From: Prasinococcaceae sp. CCMP 1430 | Taxonomy: Eukaryota; Plantae; Prasinodermophyta | Length of the DNA stretch: 64,000 nucleotides | Direction of reading: 5' to 3' | NCBI GenBank assembly: GCA_013416795.1 | Contig: RQSC01000027.1 | Location: 848,409-912,408 of the forward strand | Shown: one piece after another, positions 10,857 through 20,783 of the stretch | How positions within the stretch are numbered: the first letter of the stretch is position 1 | Layout: the number at the start of each line of letters is the position of its first letter | Translations under genes and position numbers: made by a program | Notes under the pieces: model-generated | The model's input: the letters and a program-made list of their open reading frames with translations, nothing else | Database searches by the model: none | What the model was told of the DNA's origin: nothing

Positions 10857-12101
10857 ATGGAGGCCATCAAGGGCATCTTCCACGGCGCGACGCCCGAGGA
10901 GCTGCGCGAGCGCTTCGCCAAGCACGTCGCGCAGGCCAAGGACACGCTCCGGGTGCTCACGACGCCCGAGGGGGGCGCCGCCGAGGGCGACGCGCCCGCG
11001 GGCTACGCCGATGCGACCACGCCGATGAACGTCGTGGAGCTCTTCAACTGCCAGGCGCTGGTGTTCGTCTCCGCGTGGAAGGCGGGCGCCGTCGTCAGCG
11101 CCATGCACGGCCACGGCTTCGTCATCAAGCGCGTGCGCGGCGAAGGCCGCGGCTACGGCGGCCCGACCATGGCGCGCTGGTCAGCGCCGCTCCCCATCGA
11201 GCTCACGTCGGGCGCCATCGGCCTCACGCTCGGCGTGGGCAGCATGGACTCGGTCCTCGTGCTCGACACCGAAAAGGCCGTCGACGCATTCAAGCACACC
11301 CAGGTGTCGCTCGGAAACGACTTCACAGGTGAGCCGCGCGGGCCACGCGCGCGCGCGGTTCGTCCCTCGAGCCTTTAAGAGCCGTCCTGACGCTGCCGCC
11401 ATCCCACCGACCCCGGCCGGCGCTGCATGCGCCTCGCAGTGCGCGTCGGCAAGGAAAAGCGCGTGCCCCTAGGCGGCGACGGCGGGGGGCACATCGACCT
11501 CGCCAAGTTCCGCGACATGGGAACCACCTGGGATAGCTTCTCGTACACGATCGCCAAGGGTGCGCTCGTCGACATGTCCTTCTCCGGCGACGGCGTCAGC
11601 GTGTCGCACAAGCTCGTGGACGCCCTCTACGGGACGAGCGAAGAAGGGCCGCTGGTGGACGACAAGGGCCACATGAAGCCCGAGTCCATCCTGCAAGGCG
11701 AGGTGCCGCCTCCCGAATCGATGACGGAGCTGTACGATGCTCTCGAGCTCACCATGTCCAAATATTGGGAGTCCTACAAGGCCAAGAAGGCGCGCGACGC
11801 GGGCATTTCGAGCGGCGGCGGCACCGCCGCCGCGCAGGGCGGGCCCCAGGAGCCCCCTGCGGCCGACGCAGCAGAGGCGGACGAGGCGACTGCGGCGGCG
11901 GCCGCCCCCGCCGCGGCCGCCGCTTCCGGCGACGTGCCGCTCGAGGCCGTGCCACGGGATGCTGACGCCCCCGCTCCTGCTGCTGAGCCTGAGAGCGAGG
12001 CGGCGGCGCCGGCGGAAGCGTCGGGGTCAGCTGACGCCCCGCAGGCGCCGGCAGCACCGTCGGCGTCCGATGCGGCGCCGGCGGAGTGGGCGAAGTTCTG
12101 A
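10857..12101 (+). CDS. SYLF/Ysc84 (DUF500) domain protein with acidic Ala/Pro-rich tail, 2 exons: 10857-11328, 11440-12101
   Basis: ALVFVSAWKAGAVVSAMHGHGFVIKR...WSAPLPI...GAIGLTLGVGSMDSVLVLDTEKAVDAF matches the Ysc84/SYLF pattern. The GTGAGC...CGCAG intron 11329-11439 keeps the frame. Second exon has YTIAKGALVDMSFSG...LYG. Confidence 0.8.
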
Positions 12102-12479
12102 GGAAGGCGTGTCTCCAGCGCTACCGATCACGTCGTGTGTGAGTGAGCGTCGCACCAGCGAAGTATTAGACGAGTCGCGCGCGTTGGCTCGAGGCGGTCG
12201 CGCGGCGTCGGACGAACGGGGCGGGACGCGCGACCGACCGACCGGGTGCGGGGCGGGCAAGGCAAGAACACGCGTGTTGCCGATGGGCGCTTCGGTCATG
12301 CGCCCGAGGAGGGCCTGGCTGCCAGTGGCTATAGCGGAGCAGCTAACTTGAGCGCGTGCCGGTGGTAAAGAATGATGAAGGTGTTGACACAAACAAAAGT
12401 GTACATACAGAGCGCCGCTCCCAAAAAGCGGAGCGCACGCAAGGACGGGGGGGAGACGACGCGGTCGCGAGGCGCGCGC

Positions 12480-14660
12480 CTACGCGAGGCCCGTCTTGGG
12501 CACCCTCGCCGCGATCTCCCTGATTTGTGAGACGACCCTCTCCTCGGGCTCGCGCCCTCCAGCTATGCGCACCACGTCAGCGATGACCTCGGCATTGGAC
12601 ATGATCCCCACGTGGTCGCCCGAGCGCGGCCCCGCGTGCAGGTGGCGCGATGAGATCACGAGGTCGTTCATGTGGCGGTACTCACGCACGACGGTCTTCA
12701 CGCCGTGCGGATTGTGCTCGGGGCGCTTCCATCCCTCGATTGGCATGAAGCCCAGACTGAGTAGAGGGACGGTCCCGTCGCCGTCGGCAAACACCACACC
12801 CTTGCCAGGCATGTGCCTGGCGATACGCCCAGGCACAGGGGCAGAGGCACCGGCAGGGCTACCAGCGCCCGCGGACGACGAGGCCGTGCGCGATGCCCCG
12901 CGGCCACCCTCGCCGGCGGCATCGCCTAGCCTCCCGCCGTCCGAGATCTCAGCTTCCTCAGACGAGGAGGAGGACCCGCCACGCGCTGCGCCATCGCCGC
13001 CCCCAGGGTCAGCGCCCTGCGCGCTTCCGCCGCCGCCGCCTGCTCCGCTCGCCTGCGCCGAGTACACGTAAGCGCGCTCGGTCGGCAATCCGACGCCGTA
13101 GAGCGCGTATATGGTGAGGTTCGGCGCGTTGGGCAGCGGATTCGTCAGCGGGTTGGTGAAGCCGAGGTCGTCCACCGCGCGGCGTGGCTCCTCCGCGCCA
13201 CCCCCCTCGCGCGGGTGCCAGTCAGACATGAGCGCGTCGATCGCCTCTTCAGTTGTGAGGGCATCGACGTGCGCGTCCGCGCGCACGACGGTGATCAGCC
13301 GCCCGAGCGTCACGTTGTGTGGGACGCCCGAGTCATCGCGCGCCACGATGTCGTCGGGCGCGTGGCTGGCGTCTCCCCACACCTTGTCGCCGCCGATGGG
13401 GAGCATGATGCGCGGCGAGTGCCACGAGCGGAAGACGGCTCGCCGAGCCAAGGGCTGCACCACGCGGTCGACCAGGACGCCCACAACCTCGCCCAGGGCG
13501 GCGGTATCCGACATCTCTCCGCTGAGGACGCTGGTCAATGCCTTCGGCAATCCAAGGCCGACACCCCCAATGCTCGCAAGCGCATGCACGTGCCGACTGA
13601 CCCACTGTGGGCCGCCGCCGGCATCGGCCTCGACCCAGCGCATGAAGTGGCGAAACACAACCTCGCCGAACGAATGGGAGACCACCACAGCCTTTCGACC
13701 CGAGTGCGCCACCTGCGTCTCGATGTGCGCCCTCAGCTGCGAAAAGTAGCCGTCGCGTGCCTGCACGCTGCGCATTCCCAGCCGCCAGTCATAGCTCGCC
13801 ACATGCACTGTCGACGGGTCGTAGCCCACCAGCGCTAGAGATTCGATGAGGGGCCCCCACACAGGGTAACCCTGCACAAAGTAGTCGACCGCTGCGAACG
13901 ACGCCATCGCCCTCAGGCGCACGCCGTCTGGGTCGAGCCCCGTGGTGGCATTCAGGCTGACGTGCTGCATCCAGCACTCGGGGTTGGCCAGAAAGCTCTG
14001 CGCCATCTGCGAGCTGCCCCACATGCGCTGGCGGAAGTGCGCGCGCGCGCACGGCAGGCTCTCCCACACCTCGAGGCCCGTCGTGACAAAACCCGGTAGG
14101 ATGACCACCGGGTGCCTCGCCTCCACACCCTCGCTGCGCGGCCCCTCGCCCGGCAGCGGCAAATCCTTGAACGCCTCGCGCAGACGCTCGATGTCGTCGG
14201 AGATGCGCTCGTTGAGGCTCTGCAGAGACACGTTGAGGTCTCCCAGCGACGGGAGCTCAACCTGTGGGAGCAGCCCCGCGTCGCCGACGCGCCTCAGCAG
14301 CAGGGCGGCGAGGACGGCCAGCAGCGCCACCAGCAGCGCGAGCGCGGCGTACTGCAGGTGCACCTGGCGGCGCAGCGTTTTGACGGCCGTGAGCGCGTGG
14401 CGCGCAGCACTCTCGCTGAGCATCAAGCCCGAGCCCGCGCGCGACCGCGCACGCGCGCGCGCGCTGCGAGTTCGGGAGCTGCTGCCGCCAACACTCTCAT
14501 CGCTGCCGTGGCAGCCCTCGCCGTCGCCTCCGACGTCCTGGCCGCCGCCCGTGTCGCTGCCGCCCGCGCAGCCGTCCTCGCCGCCCCCCTCGCTGTCGCC
14601 CTCTGCAACGGTCCGCATCGGCGGCCTGCTGCGCCGCCGCGAGACGCCCGGCGGCCGCAT
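12480..14660 (-). CDS. PDAT: Phospholipid:diacylglycerol acyltransferase (LCAT/PDAT family), apparently intronless
   Basis: HPVVILPGFVTTGLEVWESLPCARAHFRQRMWGS, DYFVQGYPVW, ASYDWRL, lipase-type VVVSHSFG, GDGTVPLLS, DHVGIM. N-terminal TM segment YAALALLVALLAVLAALLL. Probable ATG 14660 (MRPPGVSRRR); exact start uncertain. Confidence 0.92.
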   Translation of the reverse strand: MRPPGVSRRRSRPPMRTVAEGDSEGGGEDGCAGGSDTGGGQDVGGDGEGCHGSDESVGGSSSRTRSARARARSRAGSGLMLSESAARHALTAVKTLRRQVHLQYAALALLVALLAVLAALLLRRVGDAGLLPQVELPSLGDLNVSLQSLNERISDDIERLREAFKDLPLPGEGPRSEGVEARHPVVILPGFVTTGLEVWESLPCARAHFRQRMWGSSQMAQSFLANPECWMQHVSLNATTGLDPDGVRLRAMASFAAVDYFVQGYPVWGPLIESLALVGYDPSTVHVASYDWRLGMRSVQARDGYFSQLRAHIETQVAHSGRKAVVVSHSFGEVVFRHFMRWVEADAGGGPQWVSRHVHALASIGGVGLGLPKALTSVLSGEMSDTAALGEVVGVLVDRVVQPLARRAVFRSWHSPRIMLPIGGDKVWGDASHAPDDIVARDDSGVPHNVTLGRLITVVRADAHVDALTTEEAIDALMSDWHPREGGGAEEPRRAVDDLGFTNPLTNPLPNAPNLTIYALYGVGLPTERAYVYSAQASGAGGGGGSAQGADPGGGDGAARGGSSSSSEEAEISDGGRLGDAAGEGGRGASRTASSSAGAGSPAGASAPVPGRIARHMPGKGVVFADGDGTVPLLSLGFMPIEGWKRPEHNPHGVKTVVREYRHMNDLVISSRHLHAGPRSGDHVGIMSNAEVIADVVRIAGGREPEERVVSQIREIAARVPKTGLA

Positions 14661-14937
14661 CGCGCTGAGGCGCGCACGCAGCGCCCCGCCTCCCACCCGC
14701 CACCCCCTGCGCGGCGCGCACCGTGTGCCGCGCACCCGGGGGGGCCTCCGCACGGCACCGCAGCAGCGTGCGCTCGCCGCCGCGTCCTCGAATCCGAGCG
14801 CCTGTTCGAAAATGCCAACAGTGCGGCGCGCCCGCGGCGCGCCACTGCGCGGGCGCGCCTGGCGCGCGCGCAGCGCATGGTGGTGGCGGAGGGCGTTGCC
14901 CCAGGCTGTGGCGCCGGCGAGCATGCGGGAACGGCCA

Positions 14938-16338
14938 ATGCGCAACATCACCAAGCCGCAGAAGTTCAGCTTCGAGAGTACGAGCGTGCGTGCGCGCCTC
15001 CGACTCGGTCTCCGCCGCCGCCGCCGCTGACGCCAGCGCGCGTGCGTCCCCGCCTCCTATAGATGCTGGACTAGACGACGCGCGCAAGAACCAGCTGGCG
15101 CAGTTCAAGCTCGAGCGCACCGAGAATGGCCTAAACCGGCTTGTGGCCATCAAGGCCGCCATCGATGACCACACGACGAGGATGCAATTGAGAAAGGCCG
15201 CCGAGCGCTCCGCCGCAGCGGGCAGCCGCGCCGCGAGCGCACCAAACAGCAGACCCCCCTCGCAGCAGCACAAGCCCCCGCCGTCAACGGAGGGTGCCGA
15301 CGGGCTCGGCGCAGCCGGCGCGAACGCTCTCAAAGAGCAGCGCCAGCTCTTGCATGAGGCCAGTGCGGGCATTGCCGACGCGGTGCGGGGTAGCGCCTGT
15401 GCCGCCATGCGCGACAGACCCGACTTCGCCCGTGGGGTCTTTCACGGCCAGCCCAAGCGGGTGTCCGGGAAGGACCTCGCGGGCTTCGGAGTGTTGTCGG
15501 GAGAGCGAGGGCGTGCCATGGTCGGCGCCAGCGGCAGCGGCGATGGTGCCACCGCGCCCGGCATGAGCGCGCAACTCGCCATAACGCTCTGCAGTCGCGG
15601 GGGCGAGGGCAACACATTCGACGAGGGCGACGCTATCTCCTACATGCTTACGGAGGCGAACACTGCCCCGCCACCGCCCGTGCGCGCCGGGGGGGGCGCA
15701 CGTGCTCACGCCAGTGGAGGAGGTCGTGCGCGACAGCGCCATAGTCGATTGGCACGACAAGATGCCCGCGCCCGAGCCGCTGTACGTCGCGAAGGGTGCG
15801 CCCATTCTCGTGAAGCTCACCGACTTGCAGGTGCGCCCGCGCAGCGGCGCTTTCGCACGCGCGCGTCGCGGCATGCGAGCACGCCTGAGGTGCAGAGCGC
15901 GTGCGCTGACGCGCGCCACGATGCGCACCACATCTCCACGCGGCGGCGTAGTTCGCCAGGTGCCAGAGGCACAGGGCCGAGGAAGTCGAAGCGTGCGAGC
16001 GGGTCGTCAGCTTCGACGACCTGTGCAAACTCCAGCGCGGTAGCGACGCCTTCACCGCATCGCTCTTCTTCCTGCGCGACAACGATGAGCGCGCAGCGCA
16101 GGAGGTCGATGCGGCCAAGTCGAGGCACGCGCCCAGGGACGACGCCGACCATGAGAACGGCGATCCACCGGCGGAGTCACCGGCGAAGCGGTCGCGCGGA
16201 CCGCCCAGCGAGGAAGGGGGAGTTAAGTACGCGACCAGCCGCGCGGTGCAGGTGGACATCATGTGCATGCCCTGCGCTGCCGTCACGCCACTCTTCTACG
16301 CCGTGCAGCTCGAGCGCGTCACCGTCATGCTCGCATGA
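14938..16338 (+). CDS. Hypothetical protein, multi-exon (exon 1 14938-14977, exon 2 from 15063; later junctions uncertain)
   Basis: ATG 14938 MRNITKPQKFSFE, then the GT-AG intron 14978-15062 joins in frame to AGLDDARKNQLAQFKLERTENGLNRLVAIK. Further coding-like blocks VEEVVRDSAIVDWHDKMPAPEPLYVAKG and ERVVSFDDLCKLQ...PLFYAVQLERVTVMLA* (TGA 16336-16338). The frame switch near the G8 run at 15689-15696 is unresolved. No family recognised. Confidence 0.55.
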
Positions 16339-16499
16339 GATCTTGCCGTAAATGTGAAATAAATGTTAAAGTACGAGATAGACTACATACAGACATGTAC
16401 AAACAGAGACACTGGCTTTCGCACGACCCCGCGCGCCCGCCATCCCGAACACTGCCGCTCTCGCCGGGCCGCGCGCGCCTAGCCGCGTGCGCGGCCCCT

Positions 16500-17045
16500 T
16501 CAATTGCGGCTCGCCCCCTCGCCGCAGTCGCCGCTGCCGACTGTGCGCTCTTTCGCGCTGGCGCCTGGCACCGTCTCCGGGAGGAGCGTCCTCTGCAAGA
16601 CGTCGAAGGTCGACAACGCGATCCCGAAGAGCGGCGCGACGGTCGCCACGCGCACCGTCAGGCCCCTGAAGAGGCCCGCCGGACCACGCTCGCGCAGGAC
16701 GTCGCCCACGGCCGACCGAGCCGTCACGCCGCGTTCGGCGGCGCCGGCCTCCATGACCTTGGTCTTCAGCACGTCGAAGGGATGCGACAGCACCGTGGGC
16801 GCGATCGCCGCTCCTGTGGCCATGCAGACGAGCTTCCACGGCGGCAGCGACGCCACCTGAGTGCCGCAACGCTCGGCCTCCCCGCGCTTCAGAGCGGCGA
16901 ACGAGCTGAAGAACATCGCGTTGAAGAGCACGTCCCTCGCACCCATGAGCCCCACGCCACGGTAGAGCCCCTTCGGGCCCAGCTGCCGCGCGAGCGCGAG
17001 CGGCCCCTGCAGCACTGGCGCGGGCGCAGCCGCGGCCGCGGCCGC
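16500..17045 (-). CDS. Mitochondrial carrier (SLC25) family protein, 5' part lost in gap; resembles glutamate or aspartate-glutamate carriers
   Basis: GPKGLYRGVG..ARDVLFNAMFF, carrier signature HPFDVLKTK, GPAGLFRGLTVRVATVAPLFGIALSTFDVLQR. Frame is open up to the N-run at 17046. Confidence 0.88.
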   Translation of the reverse strand, partial: AAAAAAAPAPVLQGPLALARQLGPKGLYRGVGLMGARDVLFNAMFFSSFAALKRGEAERCGTQVASLPPWKLVCMATGAAIAPTVLSHPFDVLKTKVMEAGAAERGVTARSAVGDVLRERGPAGLFRGLTVRVATVAPLFGIALSTFDVLQRTLLPETVPGASAKERTVGSGDCGEGASRN

Positions 17046-17397
17046 NNNNNNNNNNNNNNNNNNNNNNNNNNNNNNNNNNNNNNNNNNNNNNNNNNNNNNN
17101 NNNNNNNNNNNNNNNNNNNNNNNNNNNNNNNNNNNNNNNNNNNNNNNNNNNNNNNNNNNNNNNNNNNNNNNNNNNNNNNNNNNNNNNNNNNNNNNNNNNN
17201 NNNNNNNNNNNNNNNNNNNNNNNNNNNNNNNNNNNNNNNNNNNNNNNNNNNNNNNNNNNNNNNNNNNNNNNNNNNNNNNNNNNNNNNNNNNNNNNNNNNN
17301 NNNNNNNNNNNNNNNNNNNNNNNNNNNNNNNNNNNNNNNNNNNNNNNNNNNNNNNNNNNNNNNNNNNNNNNNNNNNNNNNNNNNNNNNNNNNNNNNN
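17046..17397. other. Assembly gap (N-run)
   Basis: Run of N. Confidence 1.
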
Positions 17398-18189
17398 CCA
17401 CCACCTCCCCCTCCGAGCCCCGCGCGCGCGCGCGTGCCGCGCGGGTGCGCCGGTCACCCCGCCCCGCCCCACCCCCGCTGCGCGCGCGTGCGCGCGCGCG
17501 CACAATTCGCGGCGCGCAGCGGCCCTCGCAACACAGCTCCGCCAAACAGCTAAACCCTCATCATTGGATCCCACGGACAGACACACAGACAGCCCCACAC
17601 ACACACACATCCGTCCGCGCGCATCCCATTCCACCATCGCCCCATCGGATCAACCGGCCGGTCAGATCCATGCCGATGCGCTCGCGTCGCGCGCCCGAAT
17701 CGAAGGGGGTTCATCGGCGGATACATCGATTGGTGGGGTGATGGGGGGGCTTCCGTCTCCATCGGAGCCAACGTGTGCGGGTGGTTTGGGATTGGGTTTG
17801 TTTTTTTTGGGTTGGGCGCAACTTCACTCAAATTGGCGGAGATCGAAATCGACCTGCCGTGCTCGTTGGTTGGCATGAAGTGACGGGTGGCGTCATCATT
17901 GGGGTCGAGCGGGCGACGGGTGCGCGCGGGTGCGCGCGCGCGAGATCGAAATCGCCCGCGTGGCGCGCCGCCGCGCGGCCTGGTTCGGCTGGCGCCGCCT
18001 GGACGGCGCATGTGGATTTGAAATGTGGGAAACGTGGTTTTGATGGTGTTTTGGATGCGGATTAAACACCGGTGCTCTGCGAGTGTCCGTGGATTGAAAA
18101 AGGCTCCTCGCGGTGCGCGACGCAGAGGCCCAGTGAGCACCGGCGCCCTCTGGACGGCGCTTATGCACGTGCGCGGCGGGCGGGCGCAT

Positions 18190-18875
18190 GTATTTCGATT
18201 GGATATTCCGAAATATGGTATATCATTCTGCGGCTCTCATGTGGTGTCGTTGCGCGGGTACCCGTCCCACACCACCTCGTACACGTACAACCTCAAGCCG
18301 TCCGGCGGCGCTCCCGCGCCGCTGGCGCACACGCTGCGATGCTCGTCCCACGGCACCTTCCTGTCAGCACCACGACAGTCCCCCCGAAGACGCGGACGCT
18401 CGCCTCGCAGACTTGGAATTCTCCGATAGGCGCGCCCTTGCCGTCGGCGGACACGTATGCGACCACTTCGTGCTTCGGCGTGCCAGTGGGCACGTCTACG
18501 CCTGCAGGATCGCGCGCTCCCCGTCGGCAGCCTCGACATCGGCAGGCCCCTCGGCGTCCACGCCACCAACGTTAGGTCCGTCGTCGCCGCCGCCGCCGCC
18601 GTCGCCTCACCGCCGCTTCCCCCTCGCGCCTCGTTCCCCCTCGGCAGCCTCGACATCGGCGTCGCCGCCGTGGCCTCGCCGCCGCTTCCCCCTTGCGCCT
18701 CGCTCGTCTTCGGCAGCCTCGACATCGGCAGGCCCACGGGGGTGCACGCAACCAACGTCATCCGCGAACGCAGGCCACTCGGCGTCCACGCCACCAGCGT
18801 CAGGTCCGTCAACGTTGACTTGGACGGTGCGTCCGCCCGGGTAGTGAACACGGGCGAGTACCCTCTCGCCATGGC
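18190..18875 (-). pseudogene. Decayed chromodomain-like coding remnant with internal ~69-bp repeats
   Basis: Reads YEVVWDGYPRNDTT*EPQNDIP: the chromodomain YxVxWxGY..TWEP pattern with TGA at 18239-18237 in place of Trp. An upstream frame carries a TGA at 18609-18607 where the neighbouring repeat copy has CGA. Frameshifts separate the coding-like blocks. Confidence 0.5.
18526..18810. repeat. Imperfect internal tandem repeats (CGGCAGCCTCGACATCGGC x3; ~69-bp period unit x2; GGCGTCCACGCCACC x2)
   Basis: CGGCAGCCTCGACATCGGC near 18526, 18642 and 18711; near-identical units at 18603-18660 and 18672-18729. Confidence 0.85.
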
Positions 18876-19216
18876 ATCCGGGCTACAAATAAAATCCGCG
18901 TGTCCGTCGGGCGACCTTCGCTCGCGCACGCCCGCGCTCCGTCCCGACCGCGCGTTCTGATTTCGTCGCGATTCGCGACGCGTTTCCCGCCACGCATGCG
19001 GAGCAACACCGATGCGCCGATGCCGGAACGGATGGGTGCGCCGCACCAATCCAACGCACACACTCCATCAATACTGCGAAGATTTGGATTTGGTTCGGTT
19101 TGATGTGCAAACGCATGCGGGCGGGGCGGTACGAGCGCTGGGTGCGGGCGGGAGAGCGGGAGCGCGCGCGCACGCGTGTCGGTGAGGGGAGGAGGGAGGA
19201 GGAGGGGAATGGAACG

Positions 19217-19489
19217 ATGGACCACGGCGCGATGATGGACCACGGCGACATGACGGAGCCGGGGACGATGGACCACGGCGCGACGATGGACCACGGCGAC
19301 ATGACGCACTCCGCGCAGGCGCCAAAGCCCGCTCCGATGGTGCACGAGCAGCAGCACGGCGCCTCCGGAGCGGGCCACTCCTCCGCGGCGAGCACGGCGG
19401 AGCAGGCCGCGAGCGCGGATGCGGAAGAGCCGCCGTCCAACACGGGCCTGCCGTGCAACGCCGACAGCAACAACCGATTCTGGTTCGAC
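19217..19489 (+). CDS. N-terminal fragment with four MDHG Met/His repeats (metal-binding-like), cut at the single N at 19490
   Basis: ATG 19217 MDHGAMMDHGDMTEPGTMDHGATMDHGDMTH...LPCNADSNNRFWFD; ATGGACCACGGCG at 19217, 19235, 19268 and 19286. Confidence 0.55.
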
Positions 19490-19490
19490 N

Positions 19491-20576
19491 GCGGCCAAGA
19501 GCGCGGCGGGCGGCGCGGCGCGGGTCGCCACCAGCCCGTCCGCGGGGATCGCGCTCGCGGGCGCAGTCGCCGTCGCCGGTGCCGTCGCGGTGGCGCGAGG
19601 CGAAATCAAGGTGCAGCGTACGAGCGCCACCATCATGCAGCAAGAGCTCGAGCGCGAGCGCGAGCGCACCGACGCCGAGCGGCAGGTCGTCGAGGCGTCC
19701 GTGGCGGGGCTCGCAGACACGGCGAGCGCCAGCGCCGCCGAAATCGCGCGCCTGCGCGGCCTTCTCGACGCAGAGCGCGAGGATCGCACCAAGAGCACCA
19801 ACAAGCTGCTCGACGACGTGACGAGCGCGGCGGAAGGGCGCGAGCTCGCGCGCACGCGCGTCGACGAGCTGCAGGTCGAGCTCGCCAACGCCAAGGCCGA
19901 GCTCGCCGTCGCGAGCGTCGCGCTCACCAAAGAGCGCGCCCGCGCCGACGCGGAAGGCTCGCGCCTCGGCGCCCGCGTGGATGCCCTCACCGCACAGCTC
20001 AAGGAGGCGGACGCGTCGATCGCCGAGCTGCGCTCTGGCACCGCGCGCCTCGAAGAGGAGCTGGCGACGATCGAAGGGAAGCAGCAGAGCGACGAGGCCG
20101 ATGCGCCCGTAGGCCAACTCGCGGCCGCGGAGCTGGCCCTGCGTTCCGAGCGCGAGCGCGCGGAAGGCGCCGAGGCCGCCCTCGAGGAGCTGCGCGCGGC
20201 GGAGAGCGAGGCGATGGCTACGCGCAAGGCGCTGGTGCGCGAGCTGCAGCTCGAGGTGGACGCCACGAAAGCCGAGAACGAGAACCTCAAGGAACAGCTG
20301 CAGCGGCGCGTCGAGTCGGACAGGAGCGCGCTCGAGAGCGCACTGGGGAGCGCCGAGGATGCCAAGGCCGTGGCCGACTCGCAGGCGGCGATGTCGGACG
20401 CCGCCTCCTCGCTCGAGGCGGACGTCGCGGCGCGCAAGGCGCGCCAGCTACGCCTGCAGGACGAGGCCAGCGGCACCTTCACTCAGGCGGACGCGCAGTC
20501 GGCGAAGGGCGCCAGCCTGCGCGACGAGATCGAGCGCAGGGTCAGGGCGATCATGGGGGGACGCGATGGAAGCTGA
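19491..20576 (+). CDS. Long coiled-coil protein with hydrophobic segment (5' partial, begins after the single N)
   Basis: Open frame with GIALAGAVAVAGAVAVARG followed by ~300 aa of E/A/L/R-rich heptad-like sequence, ending RVRAIMGGRDGS*. Different frame from the MDHG fragment. Confidence 0.7.
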   Translation, partial: AAKSAAGGAARVATSPSAGIALAGAVAVAGAVAVARGEIKVQRTSATIMQQELERERERTDAERQVVEASVAGLADTASASAAEIARLRGLLDAEREDRTKSTNKLLDDVTSAAEGRELARTRVDELQVELANAKAELAVASVALTKERARADAEGSRLGARVDALTAQLKEADASIAELRSGTARLEEELATIEGKQQSDEADAPVGQLAAAELALRSERERAEGAEAALEELRAAESEAMATRKALVRELQLEVDATKAENENLKEQLQRRVESDRSALESALGSAEDAKAVADSQAAMSDAASSLEADVAARKARQLRLQDEASGTFTQADAQSAKGASLRDEIERRVRAIMGGRDGS

Positions 20577-20783
20577 AGTGCCCTAGATAGAAACACGCGA
20601 CGGCGCATGCCTGCCGCGCCTTTTTGAGGCATGCACGATGTATGGCAGCGCGGTGGGTGCCACGGTGCGAACGCATTCGAGCGTGGCAACGGAAACATTA
20701 GTACACACCACGTGCGTCGTAGTTATGCGTGTGCATGCGCGAAAGAGAGCAGCACGCATGGAGGGGGCGGCCCTTGCCGTCCG

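Noticed and set aside
16263-17741. ORFs that span N-runs (also 46007-47671, 61633-63999, 61929-63944)
   Set aside because: They stay open only because Ns are translated as X
18237-18239. TGA read as Trp or selenocysteine (alternative code) in the chromodomain-like frame
   Set aside because: Other genes here use TGG for Trp and TGA as a normal stop (e.g. 12101, 16338, 35013), and the locus has additional lesions
19480-19500. Programmed frameshift joining the MDHG fragment to the coiled-coil ORF
   Set aside because: The frame change coincides exactly with an N and there is no slippery sequence; an assembly join is the simpler explanation
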